Shown piece after piece: positions 1-10,552 of a stretch of 64,000 nucleotides of DNA. Location of the stretch: positions 17,480 through 81,479 of the forward strand of contig CBDAOY010000002.1 of the NCBI GenBank assembly GCA_965198225.1, written 5' to 3'. This DNA is from Terriglobia bacterium (lineage in GTDB: Bacteria > Acidobacteriota > Terriglobia > 20CM-2-55-15). The notes below the pieces were generated by a model. It saw nothing but the letters and a program-made list of their open reading frames with translations, was not told where the DNA came from and ran no database searches. How positions within the stretch are numbered: position 1 is the stretch's first letter; each line of letters opens with the position of its first letter. Made by a program: the position numbers and the translations under genes.

Positions 1-155
1 CACTTTCGCGACTGAATCCTCCTGATTAAGTGCGACTTCTCTGCAGCTCGGCGCGTCGACAATGCCATTTGGCGATGGCGGTGGACTTGCATATCCCTTC
101 GATGCGGAAACCAGTTGGAAATAGCACGATGTTCGTGTAACACTATTCTCGTGCT

Positions 156-398
156 ATGAAGAATGTGACGATCACGCTTGATGAGGAAGTGGCGCGCTGG
201 GCCCGAATCTGGGCTGCCGAACGAGATACCAGCGTCTCTCAGTTCGTAGGCCAGCTCCTGAAGGAACGAATGCTCCAGGAGAAAGGCTACCAGGACGCTA
301 TGAAACAGTACCTGTCCAGGAAACCAAGAGCCCTAAAGGCCAAGGGACGTCCCTATCCCTCCCGTGACGAGCTCCATGACCGAAAGAATCTTCGTTGA
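156..398 (+). CDS. RHH/CopG-type antitoxin (VapB-like)
   Basis: MKNVTITLDEEVARWARIWAAERDTSVSQFV beta-alpha-alpha pattern; C-terminal SRDELHDR; overlaps downstream PIN gene. Confidence 0.8.
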   Translation: MKNVTITLDEEVARWARIWAAERDTSVSQFVGQLLKERMLQEKGYQDAMKQYLSRKPRALKAKGRPYPSRDELHDRKNLR

Positions 399-822
399 TA
401 CGAACGTCCTCGTCTACACCCGCGATTCTTCCGAAAAGCCAAAGCAGCGAAGAGCCGACGAATGGATGAAGCGGCTGTGGGCCACCGGTAGCGGAAGGCT
501 GAGCGTTCAGGTGCTGCAAGAGTTCTACGTCACCGTAACTCAAAAGCTCAAGCCGGGAATGACTCAGGCGGCTGCACGTGAGGATGTCCGGAACCTGTCG
601 AAGTGGCAACCCGTCGGATCTGACCCCAGTCTACTGGAGTTGGCCTGGAGCGTGCAGGATCAGCACAGAGTGAACTGGTGGGACTCGCTGATCCTGGCCG
701 CCGCACTGCAGAGCAACTGCCAACACGTCTTGACTGAGGATTTGGCAGACGGCACCGAATTCGATGACGTGACGATCATCGATCCCTTTCGGCACGAACC
801 CGCATCGATAATCACGGGCTGA
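376..822 (+). CDS. vapC: PIN-domain VapC toxin
   Basis: IFVDTNVLVY, QVLQEF, WWDSLILAAA, LTEDL PIN motifs. Confidence 0.9.
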   Translation: MTERIFVDTNVLVYTRDSSEKPKQRRADEWMKRLWATGSGRLSVQVLQEFYVTVTQKLKPGMTQAAAREDVRNLSKWQPVGSDPSLLELAWSVQDQHRVNWWDSLILAAALQSNCQHVLTEDLADGTEFDDVTIIDPFRHEPASIITG

Positions 823-862
823 GTCTCTCCAGAATGGAGGCTCGGGATCTCATGGGACCGTC

Positions 863-2128
863 CTAAGCGCCGAAGCTCTTTTCCACAACCGCGGATCCAA
901 CCGAATCACCAAAGGCGTTGACGGCCGTCCGGAAACGGTCCAGCAACCAGTCCACCGAGAGAATCAGGCCGATGTATTCGACAGGGAGTCCAACGGCGTT
1001 CAGGACGATGATCATCGTGACGAGCCCGGCTTCCGGAATGCCGGCCGCACCGATCGCTGCGAGCGTGGCGGTAACCGCGACCACCAGCTGTTGCAGAAGA
1101 CCCAGCTCAAAGCCAATGGCCTGGGCAATGAAAATGGCTGCCGCCGCCTCATAGAGCGCCGTTCCATCCATGTTGATCGTCGCGCCCAGCGGTAGGACGA
1201 AATCGGTCGATCGTTTAGACACTCCGGCCTTCGTCACGGCACACTCCATCGTTACTGGAAGGGTCGCCGTCGAGCTCGCCGTCGAGAACGCGGTCAGCAG
1301 GGCCTGAGACATTTGATACATGAAGCGGAAAGGGTTTCTCTTCGTGAACACCCAGAGTATGAGTGGCAGGGTGATAAAGGCGTGCACGGCCAGGCCCGCC
1401 AGGACGGTCGCAAAATAAGCCCCGGTCTGACGAAGAACTTCCATCAGGTTCCCTTCCGCCTGCGCCTCTCCGAACCGGGCGGTTACCAGACAGAAGATGC
1501 CTATCGGAGCCAGTTTCATCAGCAACAGGATGAACGAAAGCAGCGCATCGTTAACTTGGACGATCATCTGATTGATCGCCTCGACACGCCTACCCATTGT
1601 GGTCAGCATGCCGGCGAAGATGATGGCAAAGACGATCAGGGGCAGCAGGTTGGTCTCTGCGGCCGACGAGATAAGGTTGTCCGTGAAGAGCATCAAGAGC
1701 AGATTCCGCAGGATCGTCCCAAGCGTCGCATCTTCCTGAGTGGCGGCAATCCCCTCGCCCTCGGTCGCCATCGCGTCAAGAGTCGCCTGATCGATGGCTC
1801 CGACACCGGGCCTGATCAAGTTGACCATGATCAGGCCGACGATGACGGCCATGACCGTGGTCGTCAGGTAGTAGGTCACGGCGAAACCACCTGGACGTCC
1901 CAGTTTGCGGATATCACCGAGGCCGATGATCCCGCTCATGACGCTCGCCATCACGAGCGGTACGACCATCATCGTCAGGAGCCGGAGAAAGATCTGGCCA
2001 CCGACTTCGAAGCCCATTGCGAGGTGAGGACGAATGAGGGCTAGGATTACCGCCGCCACGATGGCGATGAAGATGTAGAGGGTTAGGTGACTCTTTGTCG
2101 GTTCGGTAGCTGCTGTTTCATCCGTCAT
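863..2128 (-). CDS. Dicarboxylate/amino acid:cation symporter (DAACS/GltP family)
   Basis: FSTASSTATLP, GATINMDGTALYE, LDRFRTAVNAFGD motifs; multiple TM helices. Confidence 0.93.
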   Translation of the reverse strand: MTDETAATEPTKSHLTLYIFIAIVAAVILALIRPHLAMGFEVGGQIFLRLLTMMVVPLVMASVMSGIIGLGDIRKLGRPGGFAVTYYLTTTVMAVIVGLIMVNLIRPGVGAIDQATLDAMATEGEGIAATQEDATLGTILRNLLLMLFTDNLISSAAETNLLPLIVFAIIFAGMLTTMGRRVEAINQMIVQVNDALLSFILLLMKLAPIGIFCLVTARFGEAQAEGNLMEVLRQTGAYFATVLAGLAVHAFITLPLILWVFTKRNPFRFMYQMSQALLTAFSTASSTATLPVTMECAVTKAGVSKRSTDFVLPLGATINMDGTALYEAAAAIFIAQAIGFELGLLQQLVVAVTATLAAIGAAGIPEAGLVTMIIVLNAVGLPVEYIGLILSVDWLLDRFRTAVNAFGDSVGSAVVEKSFGA

Positions 2129-2188
2129 CAACGTTTCTCCAACCCTTCCCACAGAGATCGAACTGATTCCGACACTCCCGCGAACGCT

Positions 2189-3208
2189 CTAGAACAACCC
2201 CGACTGCGGCGACTGTTTGAACTCGATCCCCAGGTGTTTGTAGGCGAGCTTTGTGGCCACCCGGCCGCGGGGGGTCCGCTGCAGGAAGCCGATCTGTAGC
2301 AGGAAGGGTTCGTAGATATCTTCGATCGCATCGACTTCTTCGCTCAGAACAGCCGCGATCGTGTTCACGCCGACGGGCCCGCCGTCGAACTTCTCGATGA
2401 TCGCGCGCAGGAGACGGCGGTCGGTTTCATCGAAGCCATGCTCGTCGACGTCGAGCAGGCGGAGGGCGTCCCGAGCGATTTCCGGTGTGATATTGCCGTC
2501 GGCGCGCACTTCGGCGAAATCCCGCGTACGCTTCAGCAGCCGGTTTGCGATACGTGGCGTCCCGCGGGCACGGCGTGCGATTTCGCGCGCACCTTCCTCG
2601 GTGATCGGTGCGTTGAGGATGTCGGCCGATCGACGGATGATGATTTCGAGATCTTCCTGCGTGTAGAAGTCCAAGCGGTGAACGATCCCGAAGCGCGAGC
2701 GCAGCGGCGCCGTGATGAGACCGATGCGTGTTGTCGCGCCGATAAGCGTGAATCGGTTGAGATCCAGCCGATGTGTCCGGGCGCTCGGTCCCTGGCCGAT
2801 GATGATGTCGAGCTTGTAGTCCTCCATCGCGGGATAGAGAATTTCCTCGATACTGGGCTGAAGCCGGTGGATCTCGTCGATGAAGAAGATGTCGGAGCCC
2901 TCGAGGTTCGTCAGGATCGCCGTGAGATCGCCTTTGATCTGAATCAGCGGGCCGGCGGAGGGGCGAAAGTGGGCTCCCATCTCGTTGGCGATGACCGATG
3001 CGAGCGTGGTCTTGCCCAGGCCCGGAGGACCGTAGAGAAGGATGTGATCCAGCGGTTCACCTCGCTTGCGTGCCGCACCTATCGATACCTCGAGGTTTTC
3101 CTTGACCAGCGCCTGGCCGATGTATTCGTTCAGCGTTTTGGGACGCAGCGACAGTTCGAACGGAATCTCTTCCTCGGTCGCGGCCCCGGTAACGATCCTC
3201 TCCGCCAT
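2189..3208 (-). CDS. ruvB: Holliday junction helicase RuvB
   Basis: [35 protein letters not shown]. Confidence 0.98.
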   Translation of the reverse strand: MAERIVTGAATEEEIPFELSLRPKTLNEYIGQALVKENLEVSIGAARKRGEPLDHILLYGPPGLGKTTLASVIANEMGAHFRPSAGPLIQIKGDLTAILTNLEGSDIFFIDEIHRLQPSIEEILYPAMEDYKLDIIIGQGPSARTHRLDLNRFTLIGATTRIGLITAPLRSRFGIVHRLDFYTQEDLEIIIRRSADILNAPITEEGAREIARRARGTPRIANRLLKRTRDFAEVRADGNITPEIARDALRLLDVDEHGFDETDRRLLRAIIEKFDGGPVGVNTIAAVLSEEVDAIEDIYEPFLLQIGFLQRTPRGRVATKLAYKHLGIEFKQSPQSGLF

Positions 3209-3209
3209 C

Positions 3210-3791
3210 TTATCCCTTGGTCAGAATCTTAAGCGTACGCTTGAACAGTTCGTCGAAACCCGGATCAGCGCCGCCGTCGAGCGCTCGCCTGATCGCAGCC
3301 TCGATCATGCCCCGGTTGTAGCCCAGGTTGTCCATCGCCGAGATCACGTCGGTTTCGCTGTCGCTTCGATCCGATTCGTCGACGACGAACTCGCGCAGCT
3401 TATCCTTCAGCTCCAGGAGGATTCGCTCGGCGGTCTTCTTGCCGACACCCGGTATCGTGGTCAGGCGGGCCAGATCACTTTTCTTGATTGACGTGATCAG
3501 GTCCTCGACTGAACTACCCGAGAGGATCGTCAACGCCAGGCGTGGTCCGATGCCGGAAATGCCGGTTAACCGTTCGAAGATCGCCTTTTCCAGGCGGGTG
3601 GCGAAGCCGTAGAGCTGGATAACGTCTTCCCGGACGTGCGTGTAGATGTCGAGGGTGACATCGGAACCAGACTCGGGCGCGGCCGAGTAAGTGGGCATCG
3701 CGATGAAGACCTCGTACCCGACGCCGTTGACATCGACCAGCATCTGCCCCGGTGTCTTCTCGAGCAGTTTCCCGTGCAGCCGGGCGATCAC
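3210..3791 (-). CDS. ruvA: Holliday junction protein RuvA
   Basis: [39 protein letters not shown] HhH motifs. Confidence 0.97.
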   Translation of the reverse strand: MIARLHGKLLEKTPGQMLVDVNGVGYEVFIAMPTYSAAPESGSDVTLDIYTHVREDVIQLYGFATRLEKAIFERLTGISGIGPRLALTILSGSSVEDLITSIKKSDLARLTTIPGVGKKTAERILLELKDKLREFVVDESDRSDSETDVISAMDNLGYNRGMIEAAIRRALDGGADPGFDELFKRTLKILTKG

Positions 3792-4057
3792 GTGAAATCC
3801 ACGGCGTCGATCACGCCGACTACCGCCGCGTCGATCGGAGCCATCGTCCGTCCGACCGTCGCAGCGGCCGACCAGCCTTCCTGGACGATGAGCACGCGGT
3901 CACCGACTCCTGCATCGACGCCATCGAGTGCCAGCAGGGTCTTCCCGGCTTCTTCACCGCCGAGGTCGAGCGGTTGAATGAGAAGGATCTTACGACCGTG
4001 ATGGCTCGGTTCCTTCTGTGTCGCCACTACGTTCCCGACGACTCTCGCGATGATCAT
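3788..4057 (-). CDS. BMC pentamer shell protein (EutN/CcmL)
   Basis: [15 protein letters not shown]...[12 protein letters not shown]...[11 protein letters not shown]; start reassigned to ATG at 4057. Confidence 0.92.
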   Translation of the reverse strand: MIIARVVGNVVATQKEPSHHGRKILLIQPLDLGGEEAGKTLLALDGVDAGVGDRVLIVQEGWSAAATVGRTMAPIDAAVVGVIDAVDFT

Positions 4058-4298
4058 AGATATTGTCCACGATGCCGACGATCGTCGCATCGGAAGGAAC
4101 TTCTTCGGGCGAGAACGCGAATGAGGCTTCGCGCCCCCTGCAGACGTAAACTCTCTCGCCGGCCCCGGCGCCGACAGCATCGATTGCGACCACGGACCCT
4201 CCGTCCGAGTCGCGTCGCACGAGCAGCAGTTTCTTACCTTCGAGAGTTTCGTTCTTGGCTGTGGAGACGACGCGGCCGATGACTTGTCCCAGATACAT
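3990..4298 (-). CDS. BMC pentamer shell protein (EutN/CcmL)
   Basis: [15 protein letters not shown]...[13 protein letters not shown]...DATIVGIVD; tail overlaps next gene by 68 nt. Confidence 0.9.
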   Translation of the reverse strand: MYLGQVIGRVVSTAKNETLEGKKLLLVRRDSDGGSVVAIDAVGAGAGERVYVCRGREASFAFSPEEVPSDATIVGIVDNIYDHRESRRERSGDTEGTEPSRS

Positions 4299-4309
4299 CA
4301 GCGAGTACC

Positions 4310-4576
4310 TCAGTCTTGATAGACTTCGTCGACAATCCCGACGACAGCCGCGTCCACGGGCGTGTCTTTACAACCGGACGCCATCCGTGCGGAACTGCCC
4401 TGGACGACGAGGACTTTTTCATGGAAGCCGGCGGAGACAGTGTCAACAGCGACGAGGTATGTGTTCTCATCGTCGCCATCGGGATTCAAGGGACGGCATA
4501 TCAGCAGCTTTTTGCCTTCCAGGCGCGGATCCTTGCGTGTCGCAACAACCGTGCCTATGATCCTGGCCAGCTGCAT
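4310..4576 (-). CDS. BMC pentamer shell protein (EutN/CcmL)
   Basis: [15 protein letters not shown]...VQGSSAR...[11 protein letters not shown]. Confidence 0.93.
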   Translation of the reverse strand: MQLARIIGTVVATRKDPRLEGKKLLICRPLNPDGDDENTYLVAVDTVSAGFHEKVLVVQGSSARMASGCKDTPVDAAVVGIVDEVYQD

Positions 4577-4581
4577 TTTGC

Positions 4582-4887
4582 CTAGCTACTCGCCTTGCCT
4601 ATCGGGAACACATCCTCGAGGTTCGAGTGCGGGCGCGGGATCACGTGAACGCTGATGAGTTCACCGACCCGTCGCGCTGCCGCAGCACCGGCATCGGTCG
4701 CAGCCTTGACCGCGGCAACGTCTCCCCGGACCATGGCGGTGACGTAGCCGGACCCGATCTTTTCCCACCCCATCAGGCTGACCTTGGCTGCTTTCACCAT
4801 CGCGTCGGAAGCTTCGATCAGCGACACCAGACCTCGTGTCTCGATCATGCCTAGAGCTTCACCAATCTGTTCTCCCTCTTGTGCCAT
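4582..4887 (-). CDS. BMC hexamer shell protein (EutM/PduA/CcmK family)
   Basis: [36 protein letters not shown]. Confidence 0.96.
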   Translation of the reverse strand: MAQEGEQIGEALGMIETRGLVSLIEASDAMVKAAKVSLMGWEKIGSGYVTAMVRGDVAAVKAATDAGAAAARRVGELISVHVIPRPHSNLEDVFPIGKASS

Positions 4888-4960
4888 TCAATGCTCCTTG
4901 ATTTAGAAACCGGCGGGACGCCGGTGAGCGCCCGATTTGCGCGGTCCACAGACCGCTCGT

Positions 4961-5740
4961 TCAATTCTGTTTCTCCAAACTCGAAACGACCTGATGGACC
5001 AGATCGATCAGTTCATCCCTAGTGAGAGAGATCGTCTCCGATCTTCCGTCGGTCACTGGACACATCGGGTCCTTCGGACGCGCCTCGTCAGAGGTCTCCA
5101 GGCCGAAGTAGGCCTGTCTCTGAACCCAAAGCTTTTCGACGTCATCGGCTGAGAGCAGTTGCTCCTTACCCAGGATCCGCGTGCAGATGGAAATCTTGGC
5201 GAAATGTTCGACCGTATCCATCCGGTTGTAGGCATCCATGAGGTTGGATCCGTACGTGACGACGCCGTGGTTCGCCATCAGCAGTGCGTCGTAGTTGGAG
5301 ACGTAGGGCCTCAGCCTGTCGGTCAGTTCCGGCGTACCCGGCGTCCCGTATTCGGCAACCGGGATGCAGCCCAGAGCCAGTACGACCTCAGAAATCAACG
5401 CCTTGTTCAACGGGATACCCGCCGCCGCATACGCCGTCGCGGCGGGCGGGTGGCAGTGCACGACAGCGTTGACGTCAGGCCGCAGCTCGTAGACGAGCAG
5501 GTGCATCGCGATCTCACTCGACGCCTTCCGCTCGCCACGGACAGCCCGCCCCTGCAGGTCGACGACGACCGAGTCCTCCGGCCGGACGAAACCCTTGTTG
5601 ATCATCGTCGGCGTACAAATGATCTCGCCATCGGAAAGTCGCGCGCTGAGGTTGCCGTCCGTCGACGCCAGGTACCCTTTCTGGTACGTCAGACGGGAAA
5701 AATCGGCGATCTCCTGCCGCAGTTGATCTTCAGAAGGCAT
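4961..5740 (-). CDS. Class II aldolase/adducin family protein with C-terminal encapsulation peptide
   Basis: DGNLSAR, ASSEIAMH, VHCHPP, LMANHG; amphipathic tail LTRDELIDLVHQVVSSL. Confidence 0.9.
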   Translation of the reverse strand: MPSEDQLRQEIADFSRLTYQKGYLASTDGNLSARLSDGEIICTPTMINKGFVRPEDSVVVDLQGRAVRGERKASSEIAMHLLVYELRPDVNAVVHCHPPAATAYAAAGIPLNKALISEVVLALGCIPVAEYGTPGTPELTDRLRPYVSNYDALLMANHGVVTYGSNLMDAYNRMDTVEHFAKISICTRILGKEQLLSADDVEKLWVQRQAYFGLETSDEARPKDPMCPVTDGRSETISLTRDELIDLVHQVVSSLEKQN

Positions 5741-5920
5741 TCACGAGGCCCGGTTGCTCGAGGTCCAAACAGATACAAGAATCCCGCCGAAACGTGCAAA
5801 TTTTGCGCCAGATGGGCGGGGGGTTCGCGTCTGGGAAGCCGCAATTCTACTACAGAAGTGGGAGGTTATCAGTAGTCAGTAGTCGGTAGTCGGTAGTCAG
5901 TAAGAGTCAGTTAGGGAAGT

Positions 5921-6271
5921 GTAGGTGCGCTCTATGAGCGCACATGAATCTTCCACGAAGACGTGCGGTCACAGACCATTGCTGTCCAAAACAATCCGAA
6001 AACGCGTTTTGGACGGAGTTAACCACCTTTGTTATCAACATCGCAGTCAAGATCCAGAATTGAGGTCTCTGTCGGCGTTCCCAGCCTGTCCAAGATATCC
6101 GCCCGCCATGCTCGACCTCAATTCCAGCCCGGAACCGCCCCGAGAGGCTTGTTGGAACCGGTTTGGGAGTACGTAGCATAGGGCTGCCGTTTCTCAGGGG
6201 GTCGTAGCCTGTCCAAAACGGGAACCAGCAAAAAGCTATTTTGGACAGGAATGGTCACAGACCGCACCTAC
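5921..6271. repeat. GTAG-type REP doublet, second REP split by an insertion
   Basis: GTAGGTGCGCTCTATGAGCGCAC at 5921; inverted REP split as GTGCGGTCACAGACC|...|GGTCACAGACCGCACCTAC. Confidence 0.8.
5978..6252. mobile_element. 275-bp MITE with 14-bp TIRs and 11-bp target duplication
   Basis: ATTGCTGTCCAAAA ... TTTTGGACAGGAAT flanked by direct GGTCACAGACC (5967-5977, 6253-6263). Confidence 0.8.
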
Positions 6272-6297
6272 AATCACTGGTCACTTGTCACTTCTTA

Positions 6298-8526
6298 CTA
6301 CTTCGCAATCTCCAAGGACGCGTATCTGGCGATCATCTTTTTCAGGCCGTAGTTGCTGAAGCTGATCGTGAGCTTCGTATCGGCGCCGCTGCCTTCGGTC
6401 CGCAGGATGGTGCCGAAACCGTACTTGGGATGTCTCACGCGGGTCCCGAGCGAGTACGGGTTGGCTTTGCCGCGGGAGCGGGCCTTCCCCCCGCCCCGCC
6501 GCCCCGCCGAATCGAGAAAATTCCGGACGGCATCGGGTGTGTTGTAGGTTGTCCCGGCATAGTCCACCCGCTCGCGGGACTGAGACGTGGCAAGGCGTGA
6601 ATCTTCGAGCCCGTCTACCAGGTGCGGTGGAATCTCACGCAGAAAGCGAGACACCTCCGATACCAACGGTTCCATCGTCCCGAATGTCCGCCTGTAGCGG
6701 GAGGAGGTCAGGTAGAGCTGGGCTTCCGCCCGGGTCATCCCGACATAGAACAGCCGTCGCTCCTCCTCGAGCGACGCCGTCTCGTTGATCGATCGATTGT
6801 GAGGGAAAAGCCCGTCTTCCATCCCTATGATGAACACCACGGGGAATTCCAAACCCTTCGCCGTGTGCAGGGTCATCAGTGTGACCGGCGCCCTTTCGTC
6901 GTAGTCGTCCTGATCGGACACCAGGGCGGCGTTGTCCAGGAAGGTCCGCAGGCTCTCGCCCCGCTCTTCACTTTCCTCGGCGGCGTTCAGCAGTTCCCGA
7001 AGGTTATCGATGCGGGTCAGAGCCTCTTCGGTCCCCTCCTGCTGCAGAACATCTGTATATCGTGTCTTGTCGATGACCCTCTGAATCAGGTCGGCGCCGG
7101 AGTGCTCGTCTGCCGTTCGGACGAAACCGTCCATCAGCTCTCGAAAGTGCCCCAGTGCCCGCAACGACCGCAGTGGCAGCGTCGCCTCGTCCAGTGCGAC
7201 ACCGAGCGCATCCCACAGCGAGCTTTCGCGATCCGCCGCCAGATCCATCAGGGCATCGATCGTCGTCTTTCCGATACCGCGTGAAGGCGTGTTGATGATC
7301 CGCAGCAGGTGGACGGAATCGTGAGGATTGAGGGCGGCGGTCAAGTAGCTGATCATGTCCTTGATTTCAGCTCGCTCGTAGAAACTGAAGCCGCCGACCA
7401 CCCGGTATGGGATGTCGAACCGCCGGAACACTTCTTCCAGGATGCGTGACAGAAAGTTCGTACGGTACAAGACCGCGATGCGCGTGTCGGTTCGCTTGCG
7501 ACGATGATCCGCCACCTTCTGCGCGACGAAAGCGGCCTCCTGGTCCGGGTCGGCCGCTTCGAAATAGGTGATCCGCTCACCCGGGTCGTTTTTTGTCCAG
7601 AGCTCTTTGCCCTTGCGCATTTCGTTGTTGGCAACGACGGCGCTGGCGCCCGCGAGTATCGTCTTCGTCGAGCGGTAGTTCTGCTCCAACCGAACGATCC
7701 GGGCGTTCGGGTAGTCCTTCTCGAACGAAAGGATGTTCTGGATATCGGCGCCGCGCCAGCTGTAGATCGACTGATCTTCGTCGCCAACGACGCACACGTT
7801 GCCGTGTGAGCGCGAGAGGTGCCGGATCAGCATGTACTGCGTGCGGTTCGTGTCCTGGTATTCGTCCACCATGACGTGGCGAAAACGCTGGCTGTATTTC
7901 TCAGCGATCTGGGGAGACTTCTCGAACAGAAGGACGGTTTTCCCGAGCAAATCGTCGAAGTCCAGCGCGTTCGCCTTCCTCAGGCGCTTCTCATACTCCG
8001 CATAGACGCTCGCCGTGTGCTCCCAGTCGGGTTGAAAGGCGTCGTCGGCCATCTCCTCCGGACTCGTGCGCTGGTTCTTGGCGCTGGAGATACGGGCCTG
8101 GATCACGCGGGCCGTCACCTCCTTGTCGTTGACGCCGAGCTCTTTCATCGCGGTCTTCACAACCTGGAGCTGATCGGCACTGTCGTAAATGGTGAACTCC
8201 CGGGTGTAGCCCAACGATTCGATCTCGCGACGGAGGAGGCGCACACACAGGGAGTGAAAAGTCGAGATCCAGGCGTCGGCTGAACGGGGCGCATGGAGCT
8301 GGTTCCGCACCCGCGTCTTCATCTGGTCGGCAGCTTTGTTCGTGAACGTGACGGCGAGTATCGATTCCGGCCGGACCCCCAGGTTTTCGATCAGGTGGAC
8401 GATCCGGTAGGTAATGACACGGGTCTTCCCGCTCCCCGCACCCGCAAGGATGAGTATCGGCCCCTCGACAGCCTCCGCCGCCACCAACTGCTCCGGGTTC
8501 AAATGTTCCTTCAGATCAATCGACAT
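6298..8526 (-). CDS. pcrA: ATP-dependent DNA helicase PcrA/UvrD
   Basis: AGAGSGKTR, VDEYQDTN, VGDEDQSIY, LEQNYRS, HTAKGLEF, C-terminal Tudor-like RVRHPKYGFG. Confidence 0.96.
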   Translation of the reverse strand: MSIDLKEHLNPEQLVAAEAVEGPILILAGAGSGKTRVITYRIVHLIENLGVRPESILAVTFTNKAADQMKTRVRNQLHAPRSADAWISTFHSLCVRLLRREIESLGYTREFTIYDSADQLQVVKTAMKELGVNDKEVTARVIQARISSAKNQRTSPEEMADDAFQPDWEHTASVYAEYEKRLRKANALDFDDLLGKTVLLFEKSPQIAEKYSQRFRHVMVDEYQDTNRTQYMLIRHLSRSHGNVCVVGDEDQSIYSWRGADIQNILSFEKDYPNARIVRLEQNYRSTKTILAGASAVVANNEMRKGKELWTKNDPGERITYFEAADPDQEAAFVAQKVADHRRKRTDTRIAVLYRTNFLSRILEEVFRRFDIPYRVVGGFSFYERAEIKDMISYLTAALNPHDSVHLLRIINTPSRGIGKTTIDALMDLAADRESSLWDALGVALDEATLPLRSLRALGHFRELMDGFVRTADEHSGADLIQRVIDKTRYTDVLQQEGTEEALTRIDNLRELLNAAEESEERGESLRTFLDNAALVSDQDDYDERAPVTLMTLHTAKGLEFPVVFIIGMEDGLFPHNRSINETASLEEERRLFYVGMTRAEAQLYLTSSRYRRTFGTMEPLVSEVSRFLREIPPHLVDGLEDSRLATSQSRERVDYAGTTYNTPDAVRNFLDSAGRRGGGKARSRGKANPYSLGTRVRHPKYGFGTILRTEGSGADTKLTISFSNYGLKKMIARYASLEIAK

Positions 8527-8544
8527 GGCTTAGAAGACAATTTT

Positions 8545-8673
8545 AACCACGGAGGCGCTGAGGCACGGAGGGGACAATAAAGACTTTTCTCAAGAAATTG
8601 AAGTCGTCCGGAGGCACGGTCGAGTGAGCAATGAAATGACTGTTCTCCTCAGTGCCTTGGCGCCTCCGTGGTT
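8545..8673. repeat. Intergenic imperfect inverted repeat pair
   Basis: AACCACGGAGGCGCTGAGGCACGGAGG ... CCTCAGTGCCTTGGCGCCTCCGTGGTT. Confidence 0.7.
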
Positions 8674-8678
8674 ATTCC

Positions 8679-10529
8679 CTACTCGACGGTGACGCTTTTG
8701 GCCAGGTTGCGAGGCTGGTCGACGTCGCACCCGCGTCGGATGGCGATCTCGTAAGCGAGCAACTGCAGGGGGACGACTTCCAGGATGGGCAGCAGGAAGT
8801 CGTTGGTCGCGGGCACCATCAGGGTGTGGTCGGATGCCTCCGCCACTTCCTCGTCGCCCTCGACGGCGACGGAGAGGATTATTCCGTCCCGGGATTTTAC
8901 TTCACGGATGTTGTTCAGCACCTTCTCGTAGATCAGTCGTGATTCCTCGATACTCTCGTCCCTGGTCGCCACGAACACCACCGGCAGATTCTCGTCAATG
9001 AGCGCGTTCGGACCGTGCTTCATCTCGCCGGCGGGGTAGCCTTCAGCATGGATGTAGGAAATCTCCTTCAGCTTCAGAGCACCTTCGAGCGCAATCGGAA
9101 AATGTACACCCCGGCCTAGAAACAGGAAATCGTTCGACCGGGAAAAGGTGCGGGCGATCTTCTCGATCTTGGAGTCGAGCTTCAGGACTTCTTCCAGCTT
9201 GTGTGGCAGGGCAGCCAATTCCGACAACGCTACGCTGAGCCGCTCTTCAGAGATCGTCTCGTGGACCTTGCCCAGATGCAGTGCCAGCAGGTAGAGGGCC
9301 GCAAGCTGCGTGACGAACGCCTTCGTCGACGCCACTCCGATTTCCGGTCCGGCACGCGTATACAGAACACCGTCGGCGATCCGGGTCGTCATCGAACCGA
9401 CGACATTCGTCACGGTCAGGATCTTCATGCCCATGTCGCGGATCTTCCGTTGTGCCGCAACCGTGTCGGCGGTCTCGCCGGACTGTGTGATGACGACATA
9501 CAGCGTGCCTGGCTGCGGCACGGGGTTCCGATATCGGAACTCGCTGGCGTAGTCCACGTCGGCCGGGATGCGGGCCAGGGACTCGATCATGTACCTGGCG
9601 GCAAGGGCGGAATGCCAGCTGGTCCCGCACGCCAGGAGACAGACGCGCTCGAAACTCTTCCAGTCTTCGTCCCCGAACCCGACGTCGTCCAGCCGCGCTT
9701 CGTTGGAGTCCAGAGACAGGCGTCCGACGAGCGTTTCGCTGACGGCCGACGGCTGCTCGTAGATCTCCTTCTGCATGAAGTGCTTGTAACCGCCCTTCTC
9801 GGCCTGGATGGGATCCCAGGTGATCCGGTTGAAGTGCAGCTTGCGTTCTTTGCCGGAAAAATCCATCAAACGGATCCGATCCGGCTCGACGATGGCCAGT
9901 TCGCCGTCGTCGAGGAAGAGCAGATCACGCGTGTACGGCAGCAGGGCGGGGATGTCGGAAGCGACGAAGCCCTCACCGTCGACGCGCCCGACCACCGTCG
10001 GGGGCCCGTCCCTTCCGGTCACGATTTTGTACGGGTCGTCGGCCGAGATCACGGACAATGCAAACATGCCACGCAGCTCTTTCAGGGCTTCGAGTACGGC
10101 TGCTTCGAGGTTCCCGTCGAAATACTTCTCGACCAGGTGCGCGATGACCTCGGTATCGGTGTCCGTCGTGAATTCGTGGCCCTCCGAACTGAGCGTTCGT
10201 TTGATGGTGAGGTAGTTCTCGATGATGCCGTTGTGGACGACGACGACTCGGCCACTGCAGTCGCGGTGCGGATGGGCGTTCTCTTCTGTCGGGCGACCGT
10301 GCGTGGCCCAGCGTGTGTGTCCGAGTCCGTAGGTGCCACTCAGCGGCTCCTCGGCGAGAAGCGACTCCAGATTCGACAGCTTCCCGGAACAACGGCGCAG
10401 TTCCACTTCGCCGTCGTTGATCACGGCGATGCCGGCCGAATCGTAGCCTCGATACTCGAGGCTGCGGAGCCCGCTCAGCACGAGGGGAACGGCGTCGCGA
10501 TTACCGATGTAGCCGAAAATTCCACACAT
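8679..10529 (-). CDS. glmS: Glutamine--fructose-6-phosphate aminotransferase
   Basis: MCGIFG start, EYRGYDSAG, GHTRWATHG, PRNLAKSVTVE. Confidence 0.98.
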   Translation of the reverse strand: MCGIFGYIGNRDAVPLVLSGLRSLEYRGYDSAGIAVINDGEVELRRCSGKLSNLESLLAEEPLSGTYGLGHTRWATHGRPTEENAHPHRDCSGRVVVVHNGIIENYLTIKRTLSSEGHEFTTDTDTEVIAHLVEKYFDGNLEAAVLEALKELRGMFALSVISADDPYKIVTGRDGPPTVVGRVDGEGFVASDIPALLPYTRDLLFLDDGELAIVEPDRIRLMDFSGKERKLHFNRITWDPIQAEKGGYKHFMQKEIYEQPSAVSETLVGRLSLDSNEARLDDVGFGDEDWKSFERVCLLACGTSWHSALAARYMIESLARIPADVDYASEFRYRNPVPQPGTLYVVITQSGETADTVAAQRKIRDMGMKILTVTNVVGSMTTRIADGVLYTRAGPEIGVASTKAFVTQLAALYLLALHLGKVHETISEERLSVALSELAALPHKLEEVLKLDSKIEKIARTFSRSNDFLFLGRGVHFPIALEGALKLKEISYIHAEGYPAGEMKHGPNALIDENLPVVFVATRDESIEESRLIYEKVLNNIREVKSRDGIILSVAVEGDEEVAEASDHTLMVPATNDFLLPILEVVPLQLLAYEIAIRRGCDVDQPRNLAKSVTVE

Positions 10530-10552
10530 GACAGGAGAATACCAGATTAGGT

